A stretch of DNA of 64,000 bases from Waterburya sp. (GCA_965217895.1 CBDCJV010000002.1:1088001-1152000); one strand, 5' to 3'. Shown: positions 19,563-29,683, counted from the stretch's first letter. Notes: generated by a model not told the origin, from the letters alone. A program made the numbers and translations.

Positions 19563-22004
19563 GTGAAAGTAGAAGTAGATACATCGATTAAATTAGTCCC
19601 CGAAGCTACTGGAAAATTATTAGCTTGGGCATCAGGTTTAGAAAGTTCAACCAATACTTATCTAGAACAAACCAAAGCCCTGTCCCGCAAGTTAGGGGCG
19701 TATTATCGACCAGATGGCTTGACTGAAATTGGTTTTTGGGTACCTGGGCTAATTAGAGATGTTCTACACGAGCGAGAAATTTACCTAGAAGTTTTTACGC
19801 CAAGCGAACCTATTGACTGGCAAGAGCAAGAACAAACAATTAAATTTAAACGCGATCGCCTACACTTAGAACAGCAAGGGGAGTTTATCTGGGGCGTAGT
19901 GGCAGGAATGCAGCCAGGAAACCGCGAGCAAGCTGGTTCTTTCTATTGGTTGCGCTACATTGACCGCGCTAAACAACTGCGGACTATTCGCGATTTGGTT
20001 CCTTTCTCCTTGCCCTACGGTATTTTTGCTCCTGCTGAACTATATGACATAGATAGCTTACAGGCTAGTAGACAAGATTTAGATTATTTAGAGCGTACAG
20101 CCAAATCTAACGATCCTAAAATAAAAATTCCTCGCGTTAAAGATCCTAGAAACATTTTACAGATTCATGTGGGAACAGCTTCTTCTGAAGGAACAATTGA
20201 AGGCTTAACCCATATTTATCAAAGGATAATTAATAAAATTAAGACAGGAGAAACTTTAAGCCCCAGCGAACAGAATTATATTGGCTATGATGCGATCGAA
20301 TTGTTACCTACCGAACCAACAATCGAATATCGCGATGAATATAGCCCCGAAAGCGAATTTTTTGCTTTTGTAGGCGAAGAGGACAATCTAATAGAAATTG
20401 AGCTATTTAAACCCAATACTCAAGATTGGGGCTATGATGTACCAATTCTAGGCTCTAGCACCACTAACCCTGCTTTGCTTGGCAGTTTGCGTCCCGATGA
20501 GGTAGTAGATTTTATTGCTACTTTGCACAATTTTCCTGACCATCCTATTCAAGTTATTTACGATCTTGTTTATGGACACGCTGATAACCAAAGCGAACTA
20601 TTAATTGCTCGCGAATTTCTCAAGGGACCAAATATGTATGGTCAGGATCTCAACCATCAGCAACCAATGGTTAGGTCAATTCTCTTAGAAATGCAGCGAC
20701 GTAAAATCGACACAGGGGCTGACGGCATTCGTATTGATGGTGGTCAAGATTTTCGCTTTTTTAACCCTCTTTCAGGTAGGGTTGAACAGGATGATGCTTA
20801 CTTATTAGAGATGAGTAACGTTGTCCAAGAAGTAAAAGGTCACAAGCGACTGCTATTTACAATTTTTGAAGATGGTCGTCCTTGGCCTGATGAAGGCTGG
20901 GAAGAAAAGTCTACCTATCGTGAGTTAATTGAACTCAAGCCAGAGTCGTATCAGTGGGGACCACTAATCTTTGCTCACAATACCCCCAGTCTTAAAGGAT
21001 TTTGGAACAAGAAGTGGTCTAGAGTTATGGAAATCATGACTATGGGCGATCATTGGATTACGGGTTGTGGCAATCATGATACTGTACGACGAGGTAATCA
21101 AATAAATGCCAAAGAAGCAATTAACTGGAATCTAGGGAGAACTCTGCCAGATGTTTTGCACAATGCTTACGATAACCCAGCGGTAACTTTGTGGGTCAAC
21201 TGCTTTAGTCCTGGTTTACCAATGGACTTTATTAATGCTACCATGCACGCTCCTTGGCTGTTTTTCCGTAATACTGATGAACAGTATGGAGTCAAGGTAC
21301 TTTCTGAGGAAGTAGGCTTTTTAGACTGGCAAATTAACCCCAGCCTATATCGACAGTCTCATTGTTTTCCCAGTTTAAAAACTTTGGGATTTAAGCAGCT
21401 AAAACAGTTAAACCAGTTTGGTGCAGCTTTACACCATGCTATGATTCAGCAAAACTATAATTTAGCCGAAGTAGTCGAAGTGCTGCGTGCCTGCACTACT
21501 CCTGAGACTCACTGTATTGATGATTTACCGCCCTGTACGGAGTTGATGCGCGGGGGAATGGTACGTTTTCTGAAAAAACTAGACGAAGACCGTTTAAAGA
21601 GATTTGCGTTGATGTTTATGGAAGATTGCTATCAGGTATGTAATGTCTGTAATTACGAATCTAAAGTTGATAGCTCAAGAGCTAAATTTAACCTTTCTAC
21701 CAGAGAGTTTCGTCATCAAAACCCTTGGCTAGCGCAAAATATTAGCAAAAACGATACTTTCGACAAACTCAAAGATAGTGAAAGAACCATTATTTATGGC
21801 GTTCGGCATAATGACCAAGAACCAGCAGTGGCAATAATCGCTAATTTTGAAGGGGAAACAATTAAGCTAGATGTGTCAAAAATATTAGAAACTGATTTAG
21901 CAGATTGGCAAATTGCGATCGCAACTCCTAACCTGAAAACAGACGATCTGACGAACCTTACTCTCAATAACGGTCAAGGTATATTATTAACTCGATCTGC
22001 ATAA
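19563..22004 (+). CDS. gghA: Glucosylglycerol hydrolase (Slr1670-like, alpha-amylase fold)
   Basis: LGAYYRPDGLTEIGFW, SLPYGIFAPAELYD, WGYDV, DLVYGHADNQ, GADGIRIDGGQDF, FEDGRPWP and GCGNHDT. Confidence 0.88.
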   Translation: MKVEVDTSIKLVPEATGKLLAWASGLESSTNTYLEQTKALSRKLGAYYRPDGLTEIGFWVPGLIRDVLHEREIYLEVFTPSEPIDWQEQEQTIKFKRDRLHLEQQGEFIWGVVAGMQPGNREQAGSFYWLRYIDRAKQLRTIRDLVPFSLPYGIFAPAELYDIDSLQASRQDLDYLERTAKSNDPKIKIPRVKDPRNILQIHVGTASSEGTIEGLTHIYQRIINKIKTGETLSPSEQNYIGYDAIELLPTEPTIEYRDEYSPESEFFAFVGEEDNLIEIELFKPNTQDWGYDVPILGSSTTNPALLGSLRPDEVVDFIATLHNFPDHPIQVIYDLVYGHADNQSELLIAREFLKGPNMYGQDLNHQQPMVRSILLEMQRRKIDTGADGIRIDGGQDFRFFNPLSGRVEQDDAYLLEMSNVVQEVKGHKRLLFTIFEDGRPWPDEGWEEKSTYRELIELKPESYQWGPLIFAHNTPSLKGFWNKKWSRVMEIMTMGDHWITGCGNHDTVRRGNQINAKEAINWNLGRTLPDVLHNAYDNPAVTLWVNCFSPGLPMDFINATMHAPWLFFRNTDEQYGVKVLSEEVGFLDWQINPSLYRQSHCFPSLKTLGFKQLKQLNQFGAALHHAMIQQNYNLAEVVEVLRACTTPETHCIDDLPPCTELMRGGMVRFLKKLDEDRLKRFALMFMEDCYQVCNVCNYESKVDSSRAKFNLSTREFRHQNPWLAQNISKNDTFDKLKDSERTIIYGVRHNDQEPAVAIIANFEGETIKLDVSKILETDLADWQIAIATPNLKTDDLTNLTLNNGQGILLTRSA

Positions 22005-22024
22005 TCGATAAATTAACTGGTTGC

Positions 22025-22084
22025 GGTGGGCAATAAGATTCTTTGCTAAACATTGTATCTTTTTTCGGTTTTTGCCCACCCTAC
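22025..22084. repeat. GTAG-type REP-like inverted repeat (GGTGGGCAA...TTGCCCACCCTAC)
   Basis: 9-bp inverted arms ending in CTAC; a half copy TTGCCCACCCTAG lies at about 6320. Confidence 0.45.
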
Positions 22085-22131
22085 CTAAAACTGCATAATC
22101 AATAACGATATCTAGATTAAAGGCTAAAACA

Positions 22132-25100
22132 ATGAAAGATACTGCCCAGAATCAATCTGTAGTCATCATGACGGGAATGCACCGTTCTGGTACTTCTTTG
22201 ACCGCATCCCTATTGCAGAGTGCTGGAATGTACATTGGCGATCGCCTAATGGGAAGTAATACAGGTAACGTAAAAGGACATTTTGAAGACTTGGATTTTG
22301 TCGATTTTCATCAAAGTGTCTTGCATTCTCAAGGTATTAGTGTCGCAGGCTGGACAAAACATAAGTCGCTAAAGGTTCAGCCGCAATACATGGTTGCGGC
22401 TCAAAATTTGATTTTAGGGAGAAAAGAGCATTCAATTTGGGGCTGGAAAGATCCTCGTACCACTCTATTTTTAGACTTTTGGTCACAGCTAATTCCTGAT
22501 GCCAAATATATCTTTGTTTATCGTTCACCTTGGGAAGTTGTAGACTCCTTATTTCGTCGGGGTGACGTTATTTTTCGGACAAATCCTAATTTTGCTGTTG
22601 GGCAGTGGTGTAATTACAATCAAGCAGTTTTAAATTTTTATCAACAGCACCAAGAGCGATCGTTTTTAATCGGCATTGACAGCGTTATTCAAAATTCAAA
22701 TGACTTTATCGATCTAGTTAGGCAAAAATTTTCGTTAGAATTGCGATCGCCAGAATCTCTTTACGAACCAGCTTTGTTTAATGCTAATAGTAACATTCAC
22801 TATCGCCAGGCTTTAATTACTGAGTTCTTTCCCGAAGCAATAGATCTATACGCTCAACTGCAACAAGTAGATAAAGGCGGTTCAGTCGCCCCCGTGGCAC
22901 AACAGTCGATCGACTTAACTTGTAAATCATGGATTTTGCAAGATTGGAGTGATTTAAAAGGAACAACAAGAGAAAAGCGCAATCTAGAGACAGAGCTAGA
23001 AGAAACTCACCAAAAGCTCCATTCGGCACAGGTAGAACAAGCTCAGGTTCAACATCAGCTAAACCTAAACACAGAACAACTGACAGAGACTCAACAGCAG
23101 CTACAGTCAACTCAAGCAGAGTTAGAACAAACTCACCAAAAGCTCCATTCGGCACAGGTAGAACAAGCTCAGGTTCAACATCAGCTAAACCTAAACACAG
23201 AACAACTGACAGAGACTCAACAGCAGCTACAGTCAACTCAAGCAGAGTTAGAACAAACTCAACAGCAGCTCCACTCGGCACAGGTAGAACAAGCTCAGGT
23301 TCAACATCAGCTAAACCTAACCGCCGAACAATTAACAGAAACTCAACAGCAGCTACAGTCAACTCAACCAAAGCTAGAACAAACTCAACAGCAACTACAG
23401 TCAACTCAAACAGAGCTAGAACAAGCAAAGATAATAGAAGTACAGGTAGTCGGGCAACAGGTTGAAGAACAGTTAAATCAAGCTCAAAAACAGCTACAAA
23501 TATCTCAAATGCAGGCAGAGCAGTTTAAGAGTTTGGTTGTGGCAATGGAAAGTAGTAAATTTTGGAAATTGAGAAGATGGTGGTTTGATTGGAAGCAAAA
23601 AACCAGAATGGGTGCAATAGATACTGTTTATCAAAATTATCTTTTCTCCCTAAACAAAGCTGCTCAAATCCCAACTGCTGTGGCGAATGTAGATACAGAT
23701 ATTCCCGTAAGCGGTGATCCCAAGTATCAAGTCTGGCTGGAGCGCAATTATCCTAAGCCCAATGAGTTGAAAAAAATCCAGGAAAAAAGTTTGGCATTGG
23801 CTTACAAGCCTCTAATCAGCGTGATTGTGCCAGTCTACAATCCTGAAGAAAAATTCTTACGCGAGGCGATCGCCTCGGTAATTGAACAGGCTTATCCCAA
23901 CTGGGAACTATGTTTGGCTGATGACTGTTCGACTAAACCTTATGTCAAGTCAATTTTAGAAGAATATGCAGCGCAAGATAAGCGGATCAAAGTCGTTTTT
24001 CGCCCCCAAAACGGTCATATTTGTCATACTTCTAATTCCGCCTTAGAAATAGCTACGGGAGAATATATTGCCCTATTAGATCACGATGACTTATTGCCAC
24101 CCCATGCTCTAGCCAGAGTTGCAGAACTACTAAATGAACATCCAGAAGCCGACTTTATTTATTCCGATGAAGATAAGATAGACGATAACAACATCTATCA
24201 AAGTCCATTTTTCAAGCCAGATTGGTGTCCCGATTCATTTCTGGCGCGGATGTATACTTGCCATTTGGGAGTTTATCGGCGATCGCTTGTAAACTCAGTT
24301 GGCAACTTCCGAGTCGGCTTTGAAGGTAGCCAAGATTACGATCTGGTGCTGCGAATAACCGAAAAAACTAACAATATCTTTCATATCCCCGATATTCTTT
24401 ATCACTGGCGGATTCATCTTCAGTCAACTGCCTCAGATTCTAACGTTAAACCCTACGCTGCTGATGCTGCTAAAAAGGCGATCGCCCAAGCAATTGAACG
24501 ACGGGGAGAGCCAGGTAAAATTAAGACTCAAGTAAGTTTTCCAGGAGTTTATCAAGTTCGCTATCAGATCAAAGAACAAAAGTTAGTCAGTATTATTATT
24601 CCCACTAAAGATTTAGCGGACACCTTAGACGTTTGCCTCAAGTCTATTTTTGCTCAAACAACCTATTCCAACTACGAAGTTGTTGTAATTGATAACAATA
24701 GCACTGAAGCAAAAACTGCCAAATGTTTGGCAGATTGGCAAAAGCAACAGTTTCAACGCTTTCGCTCTATTCCCTATCATGTACCGTTTAATTATTCGGC
24801 GATCAATAACTATGCCGTTGAGCAAGCTAAAGGGGACTATTTGCTGTTTCTCAATAACGATATAGAAGTAATCACCAAAGGCTGGTTAACAGCGATGGTA
24901 GAACAGGCACAAAGAAAGTCTATTGGGGCAGTAGGTAGCCTGCTGCTTTATCCTGATGACACTATCCAGCACGCAGGAGTAGTGGTGGGCTTAGGTGGTG
25001 TGGCAGGGCATAGCCATAAACATCTTCATGTTTCTCAGCCTGGCTATATGTTTCAGGTAGTTTCTACCAATAATTATTCGGCGGTTACAGGAGCGTGTTT

Positions 25101-25407
25101 AATGTGTCGGCGAGAAGTATTTACAGAAGTGCAGGGCTTTGAAGAAGATCTGGCGATCGCTTTTAATGATGTTGATTTTTGTCTTAAGATTGCCAAGCTA
25201 GGTTACAACAATATCTATCTGCCTCACGTAGTTTTATATCACTATGAGTCCAAAAGTCGAGGATACGAAAACACCCCCGAAAAACAGGCTCGCTTTGCCC
25301 ATGAGGTTAATTATATGAAGCAAAAATGGCAAAAAGTTTGTCTGCACGATCCTTGCTACAGCCCTAATTTGACTAAAAACTACGAAAACTACAGCATCAA
25401 TGTTTAA
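22132..25407 (+). CDS. Multidomain glycosyltransferase: sulfotransferase-like domain, Gln-rich coiled coil and two GT2 domains
   Basis: GMHRSGTS, WGWKDPRT and YRSPWEVVDSL (sulfotransferase); heptad repeats; ISVIVPVYN...LDHDD...YSDEDK and VSIIIPTKD...LNNDIE...AVTGACL...FNDVDFCL (GT2 x2). Confidence 0.9.
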   Translation: MKDTAQNQSVVIMTGMHRSGTSLTASLLQSAGMYIGDRLMGSNTGNVKGHFEDLDFVDFHQSVLHSQGISVAGWTKHKSLKVQPQYMVAAQNLILGRKEHSIWGWKDPRTTLFLDFWSQLIPDAKYIFVYRSPWEVVDSLFRRGDVIFRTNPNFAVGQWCNYNQAVLNFYQQHQERSFLIGIDSVIQNSNDFIDLVRQKFSLELRSPESLYEPALFNANSNIHYRQALITEFFPEAIDLYAQLQQVDKGGSVAPVAQQSIDLTCKSWILQDWSDLKGTTREKRNLETELEETHQKLHSAQVEQAQVQHQLNLNTEQLTETQQQLQSTQAELEQTHQKLHSAQVEQAQVQHQLNLNTEQLTETQQQLQSTQAELEQTQQQLHSAQVEQAQVQHQLNLTAEQLTETQQQLQSTQPKLEQTQQQLQSTQTELEQAKIIEVQVVGQQVEEQLNQAQKQLQISQMQAEQFKSLVVAMESSKFWKLRRWWFDWKQKTRMGAIDTVYQNYLFSLNKAAQIPTAVANVDTDIPVSGDPKYQVWLERNYPKPNELKKIQEKSLALAYKPLISVIVPVYNPEEKFLREAIASVIEQAYPNWELCLADDCSTKPYVKSILEEYAAQDKRIKVVFRPQNGHICHTSNSALEIATGEYIALLDHDDLLPPHALARVAELLNEHPEADFIYSDEDKIDDNNIYQSPFFKPDWCPDSFLARMYTCHLGVYRRSLVNSVGNFRVGFEGSQDYDLVLRITEKTNNIFHIPDILYHWRIHLQSTASDSNVKPYAADAAKKAIAQAIERRGEPGKIKTQVSFPGVYQVRYQIKEQKLVSIIIPTKDLADTLDVCLKSIFAQTTYSNYEVVVIDNNSTEAKTAKCLADWQKQQFQRFRSIPYHVPFNYSAINNYAVEQAKGDYLLFLNNDIEVITKGWLTAMVEQAQRKSIGAVGSLLLYPDDTIQHAGVVVGLGGVAGHSHKHLHVSQPGYMFQVVSTNNYSAVTGACLMCRREVFTEVQGFEEDLAIAFNDVDFCLKIAKLGYNNIYLPHVVLYHYESKSRGYENTPEKQARFAHEVNYMKQKWQKVCLHDPCYSPNLTKNYENYSINV
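22993..23424 (+). repeat. In-frame tandem repeat: 126-bp (42-aa) unit x3 plus a partial unit
   Basis: Units start at 22993, 23119 and 23245; units 1 and 2 differ at 2 of 126 nt. Confidence 0.95.
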
Positions 25408-25497
25408 TAAAGCTGTTAGCTATTAGCCCTAAAAAGTAGCTACCACAATTATGCTCGTAAAACGCCTAATATAGAACATTTAGAGTGATAAACTCAA

Positions 25498-26247
25498 CTA
25501 AGCTCGCTTACGCATTTTACGAGATGGAACTTTTGAGGAGTCTACTTTAGCCACCACCTTACTTAAGGGCAGGATGCGAATGCGACCATCCATTGTATTA
25601 GCTTGATAAACCTTATGATGATTTAGATCCAAAGCAGTCATCCAGCCACTCTTATGATGATATGCTCCTGTCTCAATATCTAGCCAGCCTCTACCTGCTG
25701 CAATCTGTCCTGCCTGCACTCCAGGCAAGGTAAAGGTAATAGTATGACCAGTAATTATTAGTTTTTTAGGAAAAAAGGCTTTATCGCTACTATGAAAGTC
25801 TTCTCTGATCCAGCAAAATTGATCGGCACTTTGTTGGGGCAGAGGAATATTAGGATCAACTCCTGCATGAACTAGCCAGTAATCACCCAAATCTAAGTAT
25901 AAAGGCAGATTTTTGATCCAGTCGATATGCTCTTGAGGAATTTTGCTATCGTAGCTAGCCACCGTAGAATGACCACCACTGTATAACCAACCTTGATACA
26001 GATCGATAGATACTTCTCCACGACCAACTACATCGAGCAGCATTTCTTCGTGGTTGCCTCTCAAGCAAGTATATTGATTACGCATTACAAAGTCCACAAC
26101 CTGCGCGCTTTTGGGACCGCGATCAATTAAATCACCCAAAAAGTACACTTCGTCTTCGCTAGTAGGTGAAATGGAGTCTAGTAATGCAATTAAAGCGTCA
26201 TAGTGTCCATGTACGTCACCAATGACAATTCGGCGATTTGTGGTCAT
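25498..26247 (-). CDS. Metallophosphoesterase, PPP-family Ser/Thr protein phosphatase-like
   Basis: GDVHG, GDLIDRG, RGNHE, VHAG and GHT motifs. Confidence 0.9.
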   Translation of the reverse strand: MTTNRRIVIGDVHGHYDALIALLDSISPTSEDEVYFLGDLIDRGPKSAQVVDFVMRNQYTCLRGNHEEMLLDVVGRGEVSIDLYQGWLYSGGHSTVASYDSKIPQEHIDWIKNLPLYLDLGDYWLVHAGVDPNIPLPQQSADQFCWIREDFHSSDKAFFPKKLIITGHTITFTLPGVQAGQIAAGRGWLDIETGAYHHKSGWMTALDLNHHKVYQANTMDGRIRILPLSKVVAKVDSSKVPSRKMRKRA

Positions 26248-26760
26248 GTTGGCTGTTCTAACGATGTGCATCCTAAAATTACTTTCTGCGACTCAAATGT
26301 TCTATTGATGATAAAAGTAAATTGTTAACTTGTTAGTAAGTATTCCCTAATTATTATCAATAATATGTACATTGAATGATTAATGTTTGTTAGGAATAAA
26401 CATATTGGCAACTCGGCAATCAAGACAATCAACTTTACTAAAGTATAGGAGGACAATAACCAAACGAGTAGTCTTGTCTGGGACAATGACCAAAATAAAA
26501 ATTCTCCAACAGCTATCTAGCCTCGCTTGGATCGCCTCAAGCTATGAAATCTAGACCTATGTTCTACAAGTTACTGTTTTTTTTACACATCGACTTTAAT
26601 ATAAACAGCGGTTACTATAATGTAGCGAAAATCTTAAATAACTTAAAAAATTCAGATTTTTCAAGCTCAATTATGTATTATATACAAATGATATTGGTGG
26701 TTTTTCTGTGAGTTGCAGAGTAATCTGTGACCGTTGGTCAAATTCGAGAAGATAAAGATT

Positions 26761-27558
26761 ATGAATAAGACTGTACGTTCTGTATTGCTAAAGACACCCA
26801 AAGTTTACGATTTTGTACACAACGTTAAGAACAATTATTTCTTAAGTTTCTATTTAAATAAAGTTCATGAACCTGACTTTAATGCCTTTAAGTTAATTTG
26901 CCAAGATCGCCCTCAACTTTTTCTTGATATTGGCGCAAATGTAGGTATGTCTGCATTATCTTTTTTTACTTTAAAACCAAATTCTCAGGTAATTTCCTTT
27001 GAGCCAAATCCGATTAACTATCCTTATTTAGATCGGTTATTAAATAAGTTTAAAAATTTTAAATACATAAAAGTCGGGTTAGGTGATAAACCTGGAGTCA
27101 TTGATTTTTATTATCCTATCTACAATGGAAGAGAGATGACTGCTTTGGGTTCATATGACTACCAAAAAGCCCAAAGCTGGTTAAATCAAGATACTATCTA
27201 CTTTTTTGATGCTGATAAATTAAAGGTGAAAAAAATAACCGTCAATGTTAAAACTCTTGATAGTTTTCAACTGCAGCCAGAATTTATCAAAATAGACGTA
27301 GAAGGGTTTGAATATCAGGTATTGCTTGGCTCTGAGGCAACTATCAGAAATAATCGTCCTATTTTATTAATTGAAGGAGTAGCTAAAGAAGATCGGGTTC
27401 ATAAGTTATTGCAAGATTGGGAATATGACACTTATCAATTTTTTAACAATCAATTCTATTTAGATCAATTTGATTGTGATAACAATTTTTTTATTCCCAG
27501 AGAAAAAACTGAAATAATTCAGTCTCACATAGCCAATACAAACATCATCTCAAAATAA
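26761..27558 (+). CDS. FkbM family methyltransferase
   Basis: FLDIGANVG, SFEPNP and FIKIDVEGFEYQVL.G motifs. Confidence 0.9.
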   Translation: MNKTVRSVLLKTPKVYDFVHNVKNNYFLSFYLNKVHEPDFNAFKLICQDRPQLFLDIGANVGMSALSFFTLKPNSQVISFEPNPINYPYLDRLLNKFKNFKYIKVGLGDKPGVIDFYYPIYNGREMTALGSYDYQKAQSWLNQDTIYFFDADKLKVKKITVNVKTLDSFQLQPEFIKIDVEGFEYQVLLGSEATIRNNRPILLIEGVAKEDRVHKLLQDWEYDTYQFFNNQFYLDQFDCDNNFFIPREKTEIIQSHIANTNIISK

Positions 27559-27574
27559 TGCTCAAACTTCTCTA

Positions 27575-28345
27575 TTAAAAGCTAGAAATAATTTTTAGTA
27601 CTCTTTGGATATCGTCAAACTGCCCAATAATTCGGCGGACAGGTTTTGGTGCAACCCTAACTAAGGTGGGTGTTACTGTTACGTGATGTATTGCTGCCTG
27701 CTCAGGATTTTTGCTGATGTCAATCACTTTTAAAGTATAAGGACTGGCTAAACCCTGTTCTAAAAGCTGATGAATGCTGCTCAAAGTTTTTTCAGCATAA
27801 AAATTATCGCTTTTGATAAATAGGCGGAAAACGTAACTCTCAGAATGCTCTGGGACTATTCTAAGTGTGTTGGAACTTGGATCTGGCAATGTATTATTAA
27901 TTTCTGAAGTCCGATGAGAAGAATATTTGGGGTCAAGGCGAATAATTAGATCTCTTTGTTCCCAAAGCTGGGGAAAATGCGATCTATAGGTTTCAATCAC
28001 TGCGCGATTACAGTGTTCTTCTTGCCAAGGGGCAATCTGCCAACTAGTTGTAGGTTCTAGTCCAAATAATACCTGCAACAAAGGAATAAAACGCTGTACG
28101 GCTGGATAGATCTCAGCGATAGTCTCGATCTGCTGTGACTGAGGATCTAGCCAGCGTTCTACTGTTGCCGTGTATCCAGGCACTAAAAAATGAGGCGAAT
28201 CGACTAATCCCCATTTTTCTTGCAATCCAAGACATAAATGAATATGCCATTGAGTTTGTTTATCTGGATCTATACCGTAAATTAAATCTCCCCCTGGGGT
28301 AAATAAAGCAATACCTTTATAGATGTTGGGCAAAACATTGGTCAT
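27575..28345 (-). CDS. KaiB-domain protein with a long N-terminal extension
   Basis: C-terminal YVFRLFI...YTLKVIDISKNPEQA....V.VTPTLVRV.PKPVRRIIG; N-terminal KGIALFTPGGDLIY. Confidence 0.82.
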   Translation of the reverse strand: MTNVLPNIYKGIALFTPGGDLIYGIDPDKQTQWHIHLCLGLQEKWGLVDSPHFLVPGYTATVERWLDPQSQQIETIAEIYPAVQRFIPLLQVLFGLEPTTSWQIAPWQEEHCNRAVIETYRSHFPQLWEQRDLIIRLDPKYSSHRTSEINNTLPDPSSNTLRIVPEHSESYVFRLFIKSDNFYAEKTLSSIHQLLEQGLASPYTLKVIDISKNPEQAAIHHVTVTPTLVRVAPKPVRRIIGQFDDIQRVLKIISSF

Positions 28346-28486
28346 TTATCACTTATTGTTTCGTTAATATATTCAAATGATAGATTTTGTAGCAGCTATC
28401 TTTTCTGAATACTCTTGATTAACTTTAGTCTTTGACTTTAGTAAAAGCGAGCTTAAATTTCAATGCTAAATGCCAAATGCTAAATG

Positions 28487-29683
28487 TTAGACTCTGCCTC
28501 GAAGCATCATTGCCATTTCGTTAGCCGTGGGAGACATCTCCAGAGCCACCTCTTCAGTAATTCTGCCTTCTTCATAAAGAGAAAATAGTGCTTGATTAGT
28601 GGTAATCATGCCGTCATATTCTCCATTCTGCATTAAGGAATGAATCTCGTCATATTTACCCTGCTTAATATAGTCTTTGACGGTTTCTGTGTTTACCATG
28701 ATGTCATGATACGCTGCTCTTTTTTCATCCGTTGTCCGACATAAGCCTTGGGAAATTACCGCGACTAATGATTCGGAAATAGCAATCCGCATAGCATCCT
28801 GTTCTTCGGCACTATAAAGAGTTAAGATTCTTTCAATGGTTTTGATTGCGCTATTGGTGTGCAGAGTTCCCATAACCAGGTGACCCGTTTGGGCTGCTTT
28901 GAGAGCCGTATTAACCGTTTCACGATCGCGCATCTCCCCGATTAGAATAATATCAGGGTCTTCCCTTAGTGCTGCCTTGAGGGCATTGTCAAACATACGA
29001 GTATTAATACCAACTTCTCGCTGTTTAACTAAAGAACGTTGGCTTTGATGGACAAATTCAATCGGGTCTTCAATGGTAATAATGTGTTTGGCGTGTTCTT
29101 TGTTGATGTAGTCTACCATCGCTGCCATCGTCGTCGATTTACCCGAACCAGTAGGCCCTGTTACCAGAATCAAACCTTTGTGGGCATCAGAAATATCCTG
29201 AAACACAGGGGGCAATCCTAACTGTTCCATGGTCAAAATCTTGAGGGGAATCAGTCGCATTACCAAAGCAGGACCCCGTAAGGTATCAAAAATATTAATC
29301 CTTACCCTGGCAAAGTCATATTGAGTCGCACCATCAAATTCTAGGTCGTGTTTAAATTTGGCTACTTCTTCCTCGGTTAATACTTCATGTATCCAACTCA
29401 TGAACGTATTTAGATCTGTTTTGGGATATTTAGTCAAAGCCATTTCACCGCGATCGCGCATTCGCGGCACTTCATTCACGCCTAAATGTATGTCGGAGCA
29501 TCCTTGTTCGTAGGCTTTTTTGATAATGTATTCTAGAGAAGGTTGACCTGATGCACGTTGGGGTTTGCTCGATCTTATTTGCGCGCTGTGGTTTTCTAGC
29601 TTTGGCTGATTACCCGCCATTCCCAAGGTTGATGGTGGTGGTGGTGGCGGTGGTAATGGTTGCGATCCTAATTTTTGATTCAT
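28487..29683 (-). CDS. pilT: Type IV pilus retraction ATPase, PilT family (PilT2-like, proline-rich N-terminus)
   Basis: GPTGSGKSTT, TIEDPIEF, ALREDPDIILIGEMRD and AAQTGHLVMGTLHTN. Confidence 0.92.
   Translation of the reverse strand: MNQKLGSQPLPPPPPPPSTLGMAGNQPKLENHSAQIRSSKPQRASGQPSLEYIIKKAYEQGCSDIHLGVNEVPRMRDRGEMALTKYPKTDLNTFMSWIHEVLTEEEVAKFKHDLEFDGATQYDFARVRINIFDTLRGPALVMRLIPLKILTMEQLGLPPVFQDISDAHKGLILVTGPTGSGKSTTMAAMVDYINKEHAKHIITIEDPIEFVHQSQRSLVKQREVGINTRMFDNALKAALREDPDIILIGEMRDRETVNTALKAAQTGHLVMGTLHTNSAIKTIERILTLYSAEEQDAMRIAISESLVAVISQGLCRTTDEKRAAYHDIMVNTETVKDYIKQGKYDEIHSLMQNGEYDGMITTNQALFSLYEEGRITEEVALEMSPTANEMAMMLRGRV

Noticed and set aside
22817..23428. 203-aa minus-strand ORF
   Set aside because: Antisense shadow of the Gln/Leu/Glu-rich coiled-coil repeat in the GT gene.
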